NCBI GenBank assembly: GCA_009103225.1
Contig: RHPI01001946.1
Location: 371,207-435,206 of the forward strand
Source: Chlorokybus atmophyticus
Taxonomy: Eukaryota > Plantae > Mesostigma and Chlorokybus algae
DNA: 64,000 bases
Reading direction: 5' to 3'
Each line of letters opens with the position of its first letter. Position 1 is the stretch's first letter. The position numbers and the translations under genes were made by a program. Below, piece by piece: positions 1 through 13,424 of this stretch. The notes beneath the pieces are model-generated. The model worked only from the letters and a program-made list of their open reading frames with translations. It was not told the DNA's origin and did not search any database.

Positions 1-189
1 ATCCGTGCTGAGTGGTTATGCACATACCCACGCACTCATTGCTGACTGCTTGTGTACATGCACACGCACTCATTGCTGACTGCTTGTGCACATACACACG
101 CACTCTTTGCTAACTTACACACACAATCCTTGCTGAGTGGTTGTGCCCATACCCACGCACTCAATGCTGACTGCTTGTGCTTATGTGTA

Positions 190-1884
190 CATGCTCAAAC
201 GAGCGCTTGCGAAGCAGCTGATCGCAGAGGCCAATGAACAGTCACCCGACAAGCCTGAGCTGTGCACTTCAACGCCTCCTTATATTGGGCAGTGCGTTTT
301 TGCAAACGCCACAATCTTGTCGTGCGTGCTCGCACGAAGGTGGGCCAGAGAGCGCCTGCTCAGCAAGCAGAGATTATGACATCCTTTAAGTTGTTAATTG
401 ATGGCATGCGGAAGAAGAATAAGTACACTATGCAACAGGTGCATTTTATAGAGTAAATGCTTGATCAACCACAAGCAAGCAATCAAATGATAATCATACA
501 CTTTGTGGCAAATCATCAACATGGATGAGATGCCGATGGTGCTTGACATGCTGTCGTTAAATACTTTGCATTAGCGAGGCGCACGAACGATGCCCATAAC
601 AACGACCGGTCATGAGAAGGCGAGCTTTACCCTTATTTTATCAGTTTGTGCTGATGGTTCTAAGCTGCCTCCTCTTGTTGTGCTCAAGCGGAAGACGGTG
701 CCGCGCAACCTCAAGGTTATGGGCATGCACATCTACGCCAACAAGATAGGGTGGATCAATGAAGATATGTGCGTGGAGTGGGTGGATCAATGAAGAAGCG
801 CCCGCAGGTGCTGAGTGATGTGCATTGACTGCTTGTGCTTGTACACACATGTAACATACATGTGTGTACAAGCAGCGCTTGTTGCTTGTGTGCATGCATG
901 TGTATTTGGTGTTGTTGGTGTTGTGCACGCTAACTGGCTGACTGGTTGCGGAGCACGCACACTTGTTTGTGTGCACACTGGCTGGCTCCTTGCTTCCGAC
1001 TGCTTGTGCGCATGCTGCTTGTGTGCATGCATGCGTACTTGTTTGTGTGCACACTGACTGGCTGGCTGGTTGCTGAGCACGCACACTTGTTTGTGCACAC
1101 GCTGGCTGGCTCCTTGCTTCCGACTGCTTGTGTGCATGCGTACTTGTGTGCATGCATGCGTACTCGTGTGTGTGCATGCTGATTTGCTGGCTGACTGGCT
1201 CCCACGCTTGTTGTGGCTTGTGTGCAGATTTTCGGCGAACGAGCTCTGCTTGTATGGGACAACTTATTGGCCCATTTGTGTGACTCCGTGGGCAAGGCGC
1301 TGCAACACATCCGCGTTTACCAAGCTGTCATACCAGGTGGTATGATAAGTGCCTTGTAGCCCTTGGACATTGGCCTAAACAAACCTCTCAAGGACATGGT
1401 TGGAGCAAAGGTGCGTTATTGACGATAATTGTTGTTGTTGACATGGCATGCCTTTGTTATAGCAAGATTCACTTATCAAGGTGTTATGCATATGTAGTGG
1501 CAAATGTGGATGGCGGATCCAAGCCAGCACACCTTCACTGCTGGCGGCCATCAACGGGCGTGCTCTTTCACAGAGATTCTGACGTGGATCATGGAGAGTT
1601 GGGAGGCTATCCCTGCACGCATTGTGCAGAACTCCTTTAAGAAGGCCGGCATCAGCATTGCTCTTGATGGCAGAGAGGATGACAGGGTCATTGAGGACAT
1701 TGAGGATGAGGACGATGGTGTGATCCTCGTGGAGGAGCAGGAAGCGTTGGAAGATGAGCGTGAAGCCGCAGCGGCAGGGCATGGTGGTGCGGAAGCCAGT
1801 GAGGAGGAGGAGGAGGAGGGGGTGGAGGACGTGCATGCCGTTACTGATAGCATTGACATTACGAGTGATGATAATAGGTTGTAG
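190..1884 (+). pseudogene. pogo/Tigger-like (CENP-B HTH + DDE_1) DNA transposase, spliced, with in-frame stops and a frameshift
   Basis: Translated pieces: FNASLYWAVRFCKRHNLVVRART (HTH), NMDEMP (first D), TGHEKASFTLILSVCADGSKLPP, LLVWDNLLAH (second D), IPGGMISAL*PLDIGLNKPLKD and an acidic C-terminus. Pieces join across GT..AG introns at 808-1227 and 1411-1497, and probably one starting at 439. Confidence 0.85.
808..1227 (+). repeat. TG-rich low-complexity tandem repeat filling an intron of the transposase; similar repeats at 1-190
   Basis: Recurrent units such as gcacacttgtttgtg, gctggctccttgcttccgactgcttgtg and tgtgcatgcatg; bounded by cag|gt and cag|at. Confidence 0.75.
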
Positions 1885-2099
1885 AAGGTTGCATGTCTGT
1901 TGACGTAGCATGCATGCTTGGCTCATGTGTCTTGTGTTTATGTATGAACGGCAATGATGTTGGGGGTGATTGTTGTTGCACATGGGCTTGGGCTTGATGC
2001 GCCTACAACTCAACTTATCCAACACCACTTTTGCTACCTCCACCTTGCTAAACTGCACATACCCCTAGGAAGCATACTACCCCGCGGGCGGGGCGAGGG

Positions 2100-2764
2100 N
2101 NNNNNNNNNNNNNNNNNNNNNNNNNNNNNNNNNNNNNNNNNNNNNNNNNNNNNNNNNNNNNNNNNNNNNNNNNNNNNNNNNNNNNNNNNNNNNNNNNNNN
2201 NNNNNNNNNNNNNNNNNNNNNNNNNNNNNNNNNNNNNNNNNNNNNNNNNNNNNNNNNNNNNNNNNNNNNNNNNNNNNNNNNNNNNNNNNNNNNNNNNNNN
2301 NNNNNNNNNNNNNNNNNNNNNNNNNNNNNNNNNNNNNNNNNNNNNNNNNNNNNNNNNNNNNNNNNNNNNNNNNNNNNNNNNNNNNNNNNNNNNNNNNNNN
2401 NNNNNNNNNNNNNNNNNNNNNNNNNNNNNNNNNNNNNNNNNNNNNNNNNNNNNNNNNNNNNNNNNNNNNNNNNNNNNNNNNNNNNNNNNNNNNNNNNNNN
2501 NNNNNNNNNNNNNNNNNNNNNNNNNNNNNNNNNNNNNNNNNNNNNNNNNNNNNNNNNNNNNNNNNNNNNNNNNNNNNNNNNNNNNNNNNNNNNNNNNNNN
2601 NNNNNNNNNNNNNNNNNNNNNNNNNNNNNNNNNNNNNNNNNNNNNNNNNNNNNNNNNNNNNNNNNNNNNNNNNNNNNNNNNNNNNNNNNNNNNNNNNNNN
2701 NNNNNNNNNNNNNNNNNNNNNNNNNNNNNNNNNNNNNNNNNNNNNNNNNNNNNNNNNNNNNNNN
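2100..2764. other. Assembly gap (N run)
   Basis: Run of N. Confidence 1.
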
Positions 2765-3174
2765 ACTTGAGTACGAGACGGGGGGACTATAGGGGTTTAC
2801 ACAGCCCCCCCCTCCCCCCCCGAAAAAGGGGGGTGTAACTCTATTAGGGGGGGGACAGTGATTGGGTAAATACGGTACGCACTTATATATGAGTAATCTT
2901 ATATTATATATACATTACATCATATATATATGCAAGATATGCATATATGTCATAATAATACATAGCATTATACACATTATATGCATATAATACTATAATA
3001 TCATAGAATGTCATATATATAGATAATTTTGTATGCATAATATATATGATACATGCAATCTTTGATACATAATATATAGATAGTTTCACATGGCTTATAT
3101 GATCTGAACATGTCCCACATGTATCAAGATAATACATCAAGTACTAACGTTTTTGCCACGTTACGTGCGGAGAT

Positions 3175-5150
3175 AAGTGGTGCGGCTGTTTGGTCGGGCC
3201 ATCACACGGCACCCGCGACTGCCGGGCTGCGGGGCAGTATGTGCGGCCCGGCTTCTCATTGGCTAGGCGGCGAGTACAAGCGTTGCACTGCTAGATCTGC
3301 CTTAACAATCATGGCCGTCCAAAGCACATGTAATTGTTTAAACGCATGCCAATAAGCGTAGTATTAAGCACATTTTTGCATACGTGGCCGCTTATGGCAT
3401 GTTGATCATCTTTATGTCGTACATCAGTTATTTTACTAAATATGGAGATACGATGATACATGTTGATATTTCATATGTGCTGCAAAATGAAGCACATCTG
3501 TTGCAATATGGTGCAATCTGGTGCAATATGGCTACCAACCTGCAGTTAAGCGTTATAAAATATAATAATTAACGTAACGTTCATGCCACGGTACGTGCTA
3601 ACATATTCAGTCAATAATGCCAAGGTTACAACCACTAAAATTAATGCTAACCTAAATTACCTTAACGTTAAGATTTACCTAAACGAAAATTTGCATCGTT
3701 AGGCTACCATTTGGTCACGCTTGAATTTGATCCAATGGGATCGCAACGGTGACAACAGCCGTTGCTCAAAAAGGCAGCGATTTCGCCAATCATTCCAGAT
3801 ATGCATAAAAGATGCTAAAAACCATCTCGACGGCAACTGCTAGCCAATGGCGACCCAAAATCGCTAGCCATCTTGTGCAATTGCAGCACAATTGGTGGTT
3901 AGATCGGCCACGTTTTTTGCGGTACGAGGTCGGGGCAGGCCCCATACCCCAAAGACATGCCGGCACTACTCACCCTCGTTCTAATTGATCCACTCTTCCC
4001 TTTAACGCTAATTGATTACACGCTATAGTTACTGCGTCACCAAACATGGTCAACAGCCGAAATAAGTGTTTTAATACAACTATGGGTGCGGCTGTTTGGT
4101 CGGGCCGGCATTCAACCTACATCACACATCCCGCGCAAGGGTCGGCACCCGCGACTGCCGGGCTGCGCGGCAGTATGTGCGGCCCGCCTGCTTTTCATTC
4201 CCTAAGTGGCGAGTACGAACGTTACACCGTTAGAGCTGCCTAAACAATCCTGGCCGTCCAAAGCACATTCAATTGTTTAAACGCATGCCAAAAAATGTCA
4301 AATTAAGCACAGTTCTGCAAACGTTGCCGCTTATGGCTGCATGTTCATTATTTGTATGTGTTACAGTAATAATGTTAAATATAGAGATACATTAATACAT
4401 GACGATATTTCTGTGTTGCAAAACGAAGCACATATGTTGCAATATGGTGCAATATGGCTAGCAACCTGCAGTTAAGTGTTACAAAACTTCATATTCAATG
4501 TAACGTTTACGCCACGGTACGTGCTAAGATATTCAGTAAGTGATGCCAAGGTTACAACCATTAAACTTAATGGTAACCTAAATTACCTTAACGATAAGAT
4601 TCAGCTAAACGAAAAATTGCATCTTTAGGCCACCATTTGGTCACGCATGAATTTGATCAAATGAAATTGCAACGGTGTCAACAGCCGTTGCTGCAAAAGG
4701 CAGCGACTTGGCTAATCATTGCAGAGATGCATAGAAGATGCTGAAAACTATCTCGGCGGCAACTGCTTACCAACGGCGACCCAAAATCGCTAGCGGTTTG
4801 GTGCAATTGCAGCACGGTTAGTGGTTAGATCGGCCACGTTTTTGGCGGTGCGAGGTTGGGGCATGCCTCATACCCCAAAGACATGCCGCCACTACTCACC
4901 CTCGTTTTAAGTAATCCACTCTACCATGTAATGCTAATTGATTACACGCTGTAGTTACTGCGTCATCAAACATGGTCACAGCCGAACAAACTTGAGGTGC
5001 GGCTGATGGCGCATTTGATTCGGCCGGCCGGCCTGCCGGCATTAAGGCACACAAACACCACGCGGAAGGCCATCATACGGCACCCGCGACTGCCGAACTG
5101 CGCGATATGCGGCCCGCCTGCCTCTCATTGGCTAGATGGCGACTACAAGG
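3175..5150 (+). repeat. Diverged tandem repeat, unit ~0.9 kb (two full copies, ~3177-4070 and ~4085-4990, plus a partial third)
   Basis: ggtgcggctg...cggcacccgcgactgccg...gcggcccg starts each unit; the long downstream blocks (tagcc/caaaatcgctagc, ggcatgc..ccccaaagacatgcc) recur in the first two. Confidence 0.85.
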
Positions 5151-6096
5151 TATCGGCCGTTCTATCTAATTTCAACAAATCTCGATCGTCCGTAGCACAT
5201 CCCCACGTCATATTTGCAAATAAATAATAAAAATGGAGCACAATGAAGTGCACAGATGGCGGCATTATTTTATGTGGTCCATATAATATGGGCATGTATC
5301 ACACATATTATGGTGGATTAAGTAGTAACGTTTTGACTACACTACGTGCAGCAATTTACAGCGCATAACGTAAAGTGTACAAGCAGCAAAATACTGCTAG
5401 CCTTTAACACTGTAACGGATTTAATTAAACAGAAATCAGCGCCGTTAGATCACCATTTGATTGTAAACACTATAAAGCAAGTGGTGTATCGATGTTGACA
5501 AGGGCCATTGCCACAAAAAAGGCAAAAAGATGCCAATCATTGCAAAATGCTCAAACATGTCTCTGTCGTGCAAGGAGGCCTCGATTGCGGGGTGTGTCTC
5601 GCAGTGGGAGTATGTACACGAATGTTTACAGGTGTCAAGAACAAGTCAAGTTACTGGGCAGCCTGCAGGAGGCCAAGCACGGGACATTGACACTATGGCA
5701 GCGTGTGCGGGGGACAGTGAGGAGGAAAAGTAACTTAATAATCCCCTTGGCTTGATAGAGAGGGGGAATCACTCAACAAGCTCCCCCTCCCCTGCCTGGT
5801 CATTGGCGTCCTCGCGATGAGCTTGGCACCGGTGAGAATGCCATGGCAGCTCCGCGGAGGTGGTGGCACTGTCGGGATCAGCCATAGCAAGTGTGACACC
5901 GATGCTGCATGCCAAGTGCCAGTACTCCCATCAGGTGTCACACTTCTTTGACGGCTGATCGGTGGAGGCACACCCGGCGCATTTCATGATGCGAACCCGC
6001 GGGTGGGGTTTGCTCGATCCTTCGACATACACGAGATAACAGGAAAAAAGTTGTTCACATGGTCGGTCATGAGGGCGCCTGAGGGGTCACGCAGTC

Positions 6097-6722
6097 TGTC
6101 ATGCCTAGTGCCCACACATAACAGCCTTCATCGGGCATGTCTACATCGAAACCATCGCCCGGCCTACCAGCATACCAACGCGTGCGCGTCTTTGACCAGT
6201 AGCTGGGTTAAGACTTCGGGATAGCTCACGACCATAGTCTACATAGGCACCGCGCGTAGCTATTCAGTTGTGAGTTCAGTTATAAGTTGTGTTTTATATC
6301 AAGTGACAATCGCTGTGGAAATAGCCTCGATATAACCGTTAGCTTATGTCCTGAACAATTATGATTTTACTTGTATAAGTAGTCACAGTGTTCACCGGAT
6401 CAGCTGGTGACACTGTGAGTGAGAAAGCCAAGAGCTAAGAGCTAAGAGCTAAGAGCTTGTGAAACGACTTGAACTGCGAACATACCATCCCAGTTACCAA
6501 GAACCCCTTCACTGTGTGAGAGCCTGTGCATGCTCGTGTGTGCATCGTGCTTATCATCACTGTAAGCTTGGTGTGCCTGATTGCAGTGTGTTTGTTGGCA
6601 ACAGTCAGGGCATAGTATCCGCGTGTTGCTTGCTTATTCACCTCACTTAACAGTTTAACACAAACTCCGCTCATGCAAATAACTGTGTAAACAGCACTAC
6701 CTATAGTAGTGGCTTGTTGACT
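6097..6722 (+). repeat. 5' terminal repeat A of copy B1, with TATA-like tataa at 6374
   Basis: Homologous to 26581-27213 and 38669-39307; ends gtggcttgttgact. Confidence 0.75.
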
Positions 6723-6981
6723 CACAGTGTCACCCTCTTTGCTCAAGTAAGTGCGTTGCATTCTGCACCAGATAGTGCAGTCCGTATCTGGGGATACATC
6801 CTTTTGCATACGTTATCATTGTCATTACACAGTGCGCACACAAGCACTAGTGTGGTGAGTGGTAGCAGCAGCAAGACAGGCAGTTGAGCGCAAACACTCT
6901 ACCCTGCGTACACTTTCAACTGCGGACTAGCTATATGAGCAGGCCCACCCCGTTCTCTCCAATAGACGAGGGTGACCTCAG

Positions 6982-7348
6982 TGTTGAAGGTATTACATGG
7001 GTGATGCTTGTATCCGGTCAGCTTGCCCTTCATACAGGAGTCGAGGGTCGAAGGTACCAGGAAGAAGCGCGTGGACTCCATCCTTAGCAGGCGTGGCTTA
7101 GCTTGTTGGAAAGCTCTGGTTGTGAGCTAGACAGCGTAGCTTACAGAACAGCAATCGGCTGAGTATAGCGCACGCGGTGCTTGCCAATATAGACGTGTGT
7201 AGAGACTGGCGTGGTATAAAGCCCAGACTTGTTGCAATGAAGATGAGAGGTCACGATGTAGCATGTGTGCGGATGCTATGGCGGCAATAGCAATCATGCT
7301 TTTGCGTTGATGTTGTTGGCGTGTCACTTGCACGTGTGTATGTCAATA
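6982..7348 (+). mobile_element. Copia-type solo LTR inserted in B1, 5-bp TSD CTCAG
   Basis: ctcag|tgttga...tcaata|ctcag; the B copy at 27450 has the empty site gacctcagcagc; internal similarity to the LTRs at 40880-41390 and 56561-56992. Confidence 0.85.
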
Positions 7349-10300
7349 CTCAGCAGCCGGAGCCCAACCTCACCTACGAGCGAACAGCGACGGGAGCAAT
7401 GATTGTAGCAGCAGAGGCTCGCATTCTGTCTCCGACTTTACTCTGTTCTTGTCCACTCCTCGGCTCGATGCAACAGTGACGACTACAAGATGGAGTCTTC
7501 CAGCTCAACCACGTCCCTGCGCTTCTCCAGACGTGTTGGCACTACCTCGCTAGACAAATTCATCATCAAGTTCCGCTCCAAGATGCGACAGTAGGCTCTG
7601 AAGAACAAAGACTGATCAGATGAGATCTCTTTTCACATTGCCGCTCATGGATCATGAAGCACATAATGTCCTGAGGTCTGTTGCTGAACTGCATCGAGTT
7701 GATGGCTATGGCGAGCTCGCCAGTACCATGGCATCTGCGTCACTGCATAGTCCAGCAGCCGTCTTTCCACCTGCCACTCCCGCTGCAGTTACCGGGTTGT
7801 CCATAGCGGCAGCCATTGACAGAGCAGAGGAGGAGGAATCTGAGTTGGTCATTGTCAGCTTGACCCCTGCAGAGATCAAGACGGCCGCACGACGGGCCTG
7901 GATTCCGGACCGCTCTGCTGTCATCCATGAGGAACATTAACAACAGCAGTTGAGGTGGGCACACCCATACCTTTGGCAACACCTGGCTCTCGTGCGGGAG
8001 GCAGTGCTTTTACCCATGGGTCAGTTGCACTGCGCGCACTAGCCATCACTTTAGGTGCTGCCATCTCTAACTCTCCACTCAAAGATCTATACGCTGCACC
8101 TCGTCGCACCTTCCCGCCGCAGACCACGAGCAAAGTGGAAGAGTTGAGGCCGTTCCGACGCAAGCCCAATGAGGACCCTCTACGCCTGTACACCAGCCTG
8201 GAAGGTCTGTTGAAGGACACTGACTACAAGATTGTCAGTGACGAGGCTGCTGCAGTGGTATTTGTCAATGAGTTGGATGCCACCCTGAGCGAGTCGACGC
8301 ACCTGACCCTGAACTACAGCAGACCCCTTAGCTACACGCTCATGAACGCTTTCGAGACTGCACAAGCCATCCACAAGCGCTTGGTATATGAAAAGGCAGT
8401 GCTGGACACCAACCGCAGCGCCTCATGGCCTATAGCCAGCACAACTGTCGAGCCTCCTTGCCGCGAACGTGACCTGGACGCTCCACCAGCGCGCAACAAA
8501 GGGAAACGGTCGGCGCATATTGCCTTGCCTGCCCCTGTGCCGTGTCATCGCTGTGGACGGCATGGGCACTATTAAAAGGAGTGCACCGAAGAGTACTCGA
8601 CTCTGATCTGCGACTACTGTCACAAGACAGGCCACTTGGAGTCAGTCTGTTGGGTCAAGTTCCCTGAGTTGGGACCCGTCAACAGCTACAACAGCAACAA
8701 CACTGGAGGCCACAACGGCAACAACTCTGGTGGCTACAACAGTAATCACACCGAAAGCCATAACAACACCAAGAACTATGCCAACACTTGCAAGGAAGAG
8801 CAAGGCTATAGGGGGAAGAATCGCCCTCTTCAGCGTAAGGGATTGGAAGAACGTCCGCGCGCTGCTGCTGTTGCCGCCAAGGCTCCCGCCAACCCGCCAG
8901 CTGATGACCATATGGCTGCCCTCATGGCGCGTATGGCATGCTTGGAGGAAGACAAGGAGGAGGACTACCGCGCATGTTGCTCTGCCCGGTGGGCACTGAT
9001 GGCTCCAAAGCACGAGAGACACCAGCACTCCATCACGTTTTTAACCTACCCAACGAGTTCAAGGGGAAGCCGCGACATCGTCAGCAGCTGCCTCCTCTGA
9101 AGTCACCAGTGGTACTGCACCAGCAGCAACAGTTACACCGGCTACGACGTTGACTCCGTCAATGTCAGCAGCAACTTCTCTAATTTCACCAGAAGTTGCT
9201 ATTATTGTGAGCACCGTAACGCCACCACTGGTGAACACGCTAGCAACAGCCACTGCTGTCACCGACCCTGCAGCAATAGGTCGCGCCGGTCTCGCTCCAA
9301 TTGTAGAGCCACCTGTGTCAGCAAGCGTTGAGACCACCCTCGCGCCATTGCGCGGCACGCTCGCCACCATCGGCAGTGCTATTATCGAGCCTGCTGCCAC
9401 CGTAGCGACACGCGCAGCTACACTGCCCGCCCTCGACGTCAATCAAGCTGTCCCGCGAGGTCAGCAAGCTGAGCGTGCTTGGGAAACCATCATGCGTGGA
9501 GCAGATCCCACCACCATTGCTTTTGGGCGCGGAGGGGAGCGCACAACACGCGTTGAACGCAGTGACCGAGTCTTCCCACTGCATGAATATTACGCGCTGT
9601 CAGAACAACGGCAATCGGAGGATGAAATCCTCGCCGGCACGGCGCCACCTATGCGAGACCGTGTCTTCTTAGTCAGAACACCTGTTATACGGGAGTTGGC
9701 ACTACAGTTGTTCTGGACTCTGCATAACGACATGCAGACGGCGCCACGCCAACCCGCACCAGTCCGTCATGAACCCTTTAAGCCCAGCCCACTGGACACG
9801 TATTGGGACCGGCAACCCAACGTACAGCAGCATATCGCTAATACAGCCGACATGCCTCTGAGTGACAACGAAGCACTGAGGCCCCTCAATACCGTTCGAC
9901 TTCATGAGCGCTACACCGCGCTGGAACAGGCGTTCAACTGCCGACAGGACCAAGCAGCAGCAATCAACACAAGAGCGCACGCCCTTGTTAATGCTCGCGC
10001 TGGCGTTCCTCAACCCACAGTCGCTGGCCCATTATCCAGTACGACACCTCTCGTTTGTGGGCCCAACATTGACCAGACGAGGGCGCTTGCCCAACAAACC
10101 AAGGGGGTGATCGCCCCGCTGCTACCCGCTTTGTTGGAAGACTTGCCTGAAGATCAACGGAATTCCGGGAGAGGCTACCTCACACCGCAAGGGTGGACAC
10201 AACGAGATGGAGCAGGTTCAATTGAGGAACAGCAACTTCGCACTGCCTTATTGCAACCAGCAACCATGCTGCACGGACAAGAAGGCATTGGCCTTTGACG

Positions 10301-12000
10301 GATATTGGGGATGCGGGAAGGTGGTAATGCAGCTCGAGCAAGACTGGTGACTTGGCTAGTCACCAACCACCTCGCAGCTCCCCTGTTCGCGTTCGGCACC
10401 AAATTGTTTTGGTTGGACGCCTTCCTGCGTTTGCTACGGCAAGCCTATGACGAGGTTGCCTCGACAGCCATTGACACCTTGGAAGGAGCACAAGAGGCCA
10501 TACTGCGGTTGCCAGGGGTGGAAGCAGCGCGGCAACGCAGACGCATCGCAGCTGCTTATGAGCAGCATGTCCACCAGCCAGAGATTTACCTCACTGGGCG
10601 CGAGCAACAACGGTGTTGGAGGTGGGAGTGGTCAATGGCAGGTGGGATGCCTACATGGCAGGGATCGTATGAGTTCCCATCATCACCCACGACATAAGAG
10701 CGCGGCTCCTGCGCGCAGTGTATCTCCAACCAATGCCTCAGAATCGCCGCTGGAGTGACGTAGTCAACAACCCAACAGCCACATGGGAAGGTACACTAGT
10801 CAGGGAGGCAGCTCATGCAGTACGCTGGACTTATGTGGAAGCACAGGTTGCACGGGAGGCGGGCCCATAAACACCCGGTCCTCCAGGGTTTCTACACTAG
10901 CCATTGGCTACGCCGCCAGGAATGACCCCGGCCACACATAGGTGCAATCCCCCCGCGCCGCAACCAGGGCAGCCACAGGCAGCACCGCCAGCACCCAGGC
11001 CACATCGTGTTTATCAACAGCCAAGACAAAGACGGTTTGGGCCAGGCCGCGGTCAACAAGGCGCTGGAGACCCAGCTGGTCGAGGGGCGCTTGCCGCACT
11101 GCGCTCGACACCACCGGAGGAGACTGCAGCAGCAGACACCCCACGCACACGCTACCGACGATTCAAGCGGTTGCGCATCCACGCCAACGCAGGCATAATC
11201 GCCAATTAAGGCAAGCATGTCACTATTGATGGATGAGCACCCAAGCGTGTAATGCTGGACTTTGGAGCCCAGCCTGTCATCATCAGACATTACCTCGCAC
11301 GCGACCTTGGCATCACTAGCGCTGAGCTGATGCCGTGCTCGTATGTACTCGACACCGCAACCGGCAGGCGTGACAAGGTAATTGGCATCACCAAGCAAGC
11401 GCTCTGCATTCGCTTGACAGGAGTGGACCCGTCCCACAGCACCGAGGTCATATAGAAGTGTGTGGTTACCGATGCAGGATCCTTCGACCATATATTGGGA
11501 CAGGACTTCAGCTTCCCTTTTGGCATGGGGCTGGACTGCTGGACAAAGAAGGCTTGGTTCGTCCTCATTGGGATGAGGAGGACGGAGAGGTTCAAGGATA
11601 TCTGCCTCTCGAGCTGGTGGCTCGCGCTCGTTCCCATTGGAAGTCAGCTGCAACAGCCACCTACAGGTCGTTGTCGGCAACCACTAACAGGTCAGCAGCG
11701 ACAGCCACAGGTCGGGTTCAACAACCACTGACAGATCATCTGCGGTGGTCACCCACAACTCGGACCAAGACTCTCCATCCCATACAACGAGTCTCAAAAA
11801 GATGCCACTAAAGAAGTGGCCCACCGGAAACCAGCGGAACGCCGCTTGCGCGCACAGGTGGTCGCACATCTACTACTGACCAGATCACGGCTCACTTCAC
11901 GGTTCCCTCTCCACAAGGAACAAGCCGCGGTCCAAGAACAACATCAGGTGGCCACTGGAGTAGTAGAGTCTCACGTATTCCGTTGCCAGCAAGGCATCAC

Positions 12001-12231
12001 TGTATGGAACTATTTGGAGGAATGGGTAGTGGCCTCGCCGCTGTCCTCAACACCGGTGCAATGGTCACCAAGTACTTCTACTGTGAACCGGATCCACACG
12101 CACAGATTGCCCTGGGCCACCACCTGCGCCACCTATACAAATGCTACCCGCAGCGACTGCCGCTATTGGCACTGCAAGGCACTTTGAAGGCACTGCCACA
12201 TGACATCCGCTTAATCACTGCGGATCACCTC
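12001..12231 (+). pseudogene. C5 cytosine DNA methyltransferase, N-terminal part (motifs I-III), inside retroelement pol
   Basis: ELFGGMGSG (motif I FxGxG), YCEPD (motif II), HDIRLI (motif III); collinear with the fuller copy at 33750-34170. Confidence 0.8.
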
Positions 12232-12400
12232 AAGGGGGTGGGGATGACAGTGCACCCCGACAAGTGCACCTTTTTCACTCGCAAGGTACCCTACCTAGGG
12301 CACATGATTATGCCCCACGGTGTTGCCAACATTCGCCAGATGCACCAAGAAGCATGCACCTCTTGTCAAGCCCCCCCATCCCCCCCCCCCCCCCCCCCCC

Positions 12401-12621
12401 NNNNNNNNNNNNNNNNNNNNNNNNNNNNNNNNNNNNNNNNNNNNNNNNNNNNNNNNNNNNNNNNNNNNNNNNNNNNNNNNNNNNNNNNNNNNNNNNNNNN
12501 NNNNNNNNNNNNNNNNNNNNNNNNNNNNNNNNNNNNNNNNNNNNNNNNNNNNNNNNNNNNNNNNNNNNNNNNNNNNNNNNNNNNNNNNNNNNNNNNNNNN
12601 NNNNNNNNNNNNNNNNNNNNN
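12401..12621. other. Assembly gap flanked by poly-C runs
   Basis: Run of N. Confidence 1.
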
Positions 12622-13424
12622 NCCCCCCCCCCCCCCCCAAAAAAAAAAACATTGAAAAGGACCATATTTGGTCCTTGAACGTCAAGCCGTGTGGTGGCAA
12701 TTTCCGCCAATGTGGCAACTTTTTTATTAACATTTACCTCAAGGTGGTTATAAATTGCATTAGCGTGCCCCCCCTCCGCAGCCACAAAATAGCAGACGGT
12801 AGCATATGACCTGATAGGCGTTGCCTGCGCTTACCCAAAGCAGAAAGAACCACAATTCACATGCAATTTAACGTTTTCCTAAACTCCGTATGTTCCAATT
12901 CGAGCATCAAAAAATCTTCGTGTTTACCTGCGCGTGTGCACGCCAAATTTCGTGTTTATAATGCCATATATTACTTTAGCTATCCATATGATGATATCTG
13001 AAAAATTGATAACATAAATGTATTTCGCTCTTGATCTCCCCTCGTAAGCAGTAAAGGTAATGGCTGTCGGTGACTGTTAACCATGAAGCTAAACGATTTT
13101 AGATATTAATTGGGGTTGGACGATGTGAGATCTAAAAATGGCCAACATTGGCAACTGTCATACCATGGTATGGGACATGCTTCAATGGCATGTGGATCTT
13201 TCTATGGCAGCGACTTTGCTGCCATAGCTTAGTGGCTAAGGCGCCGATGTTACAGCGATTAGCATGCGTGTTGGTGGGCGCTGTGTTAGCTCTCTGTGTC
13301 CACCATTGGGCGCTGAGCTGCCACACGATAGATATGTGCTGTTTGTGATCTCATGTGTGAGTATCATGGTGTGCCTGTCCGTTTCACGATTGATGTTGTT
13401 GTTGTTAAGGGTGCTTTGAGTCAA

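Larger units (their letters stand above)
6097..12325 (+). mobile_element. Family B Ty3/Gypsy-like element, copy B1 (5' repeat A, self-complementary PBS, gag, unknown region, protease, partial DNMT, RT remnant; 3' part missing)
   Basis: Starts tgtcatgcc like the copy at 26581. Gag has two zinc knuckles (CHRCGRHGHY*KEC, CDYCHKTGHLESVC) at ~8540-8650; protease MLDFGAQPVII...FDHILG at ~11250-11560; DNMT at 12001-12231 fused by deletion to RT-end VHPDKCTFFTRKVPYLGH. Confidence 0.85.

Noticed and set aside
815-1345. Many overlapping Cys/His/Ala-rich ORFs
   Set aside because: They are translations of the TG/CA tandem repeat inside a transposase intron.
1954-2838. Long ORFs spanning N runs (also 11983-12809)
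   Set aside because: Artefacts of assembly gaps; the poly-C flanks and single n bases at ~28599 and ~32163 indicate sequencing failure at homopolymers.
5508-5690. QGGLDCGVCLA resembles the Ulp1/C48 protease catalytic motif
   Set aside because: A single short motif with no supporting His/Asp segments or transposase nearby.
6823-6870. tggtagcagc as a tRNA-iMet PBS for family B
   Set aside because: It lies ~140 nt beyond the end of repeat A and matches only ~9 nt, while a 15-16 nt self-complementary site directly abuts A.
12622-13424. Non-coding stretch with ggcaa/ttgcc motifs, possibly a DNA-transposon end
   Set aside because: No partner TIR or TSD could be identified in the window.
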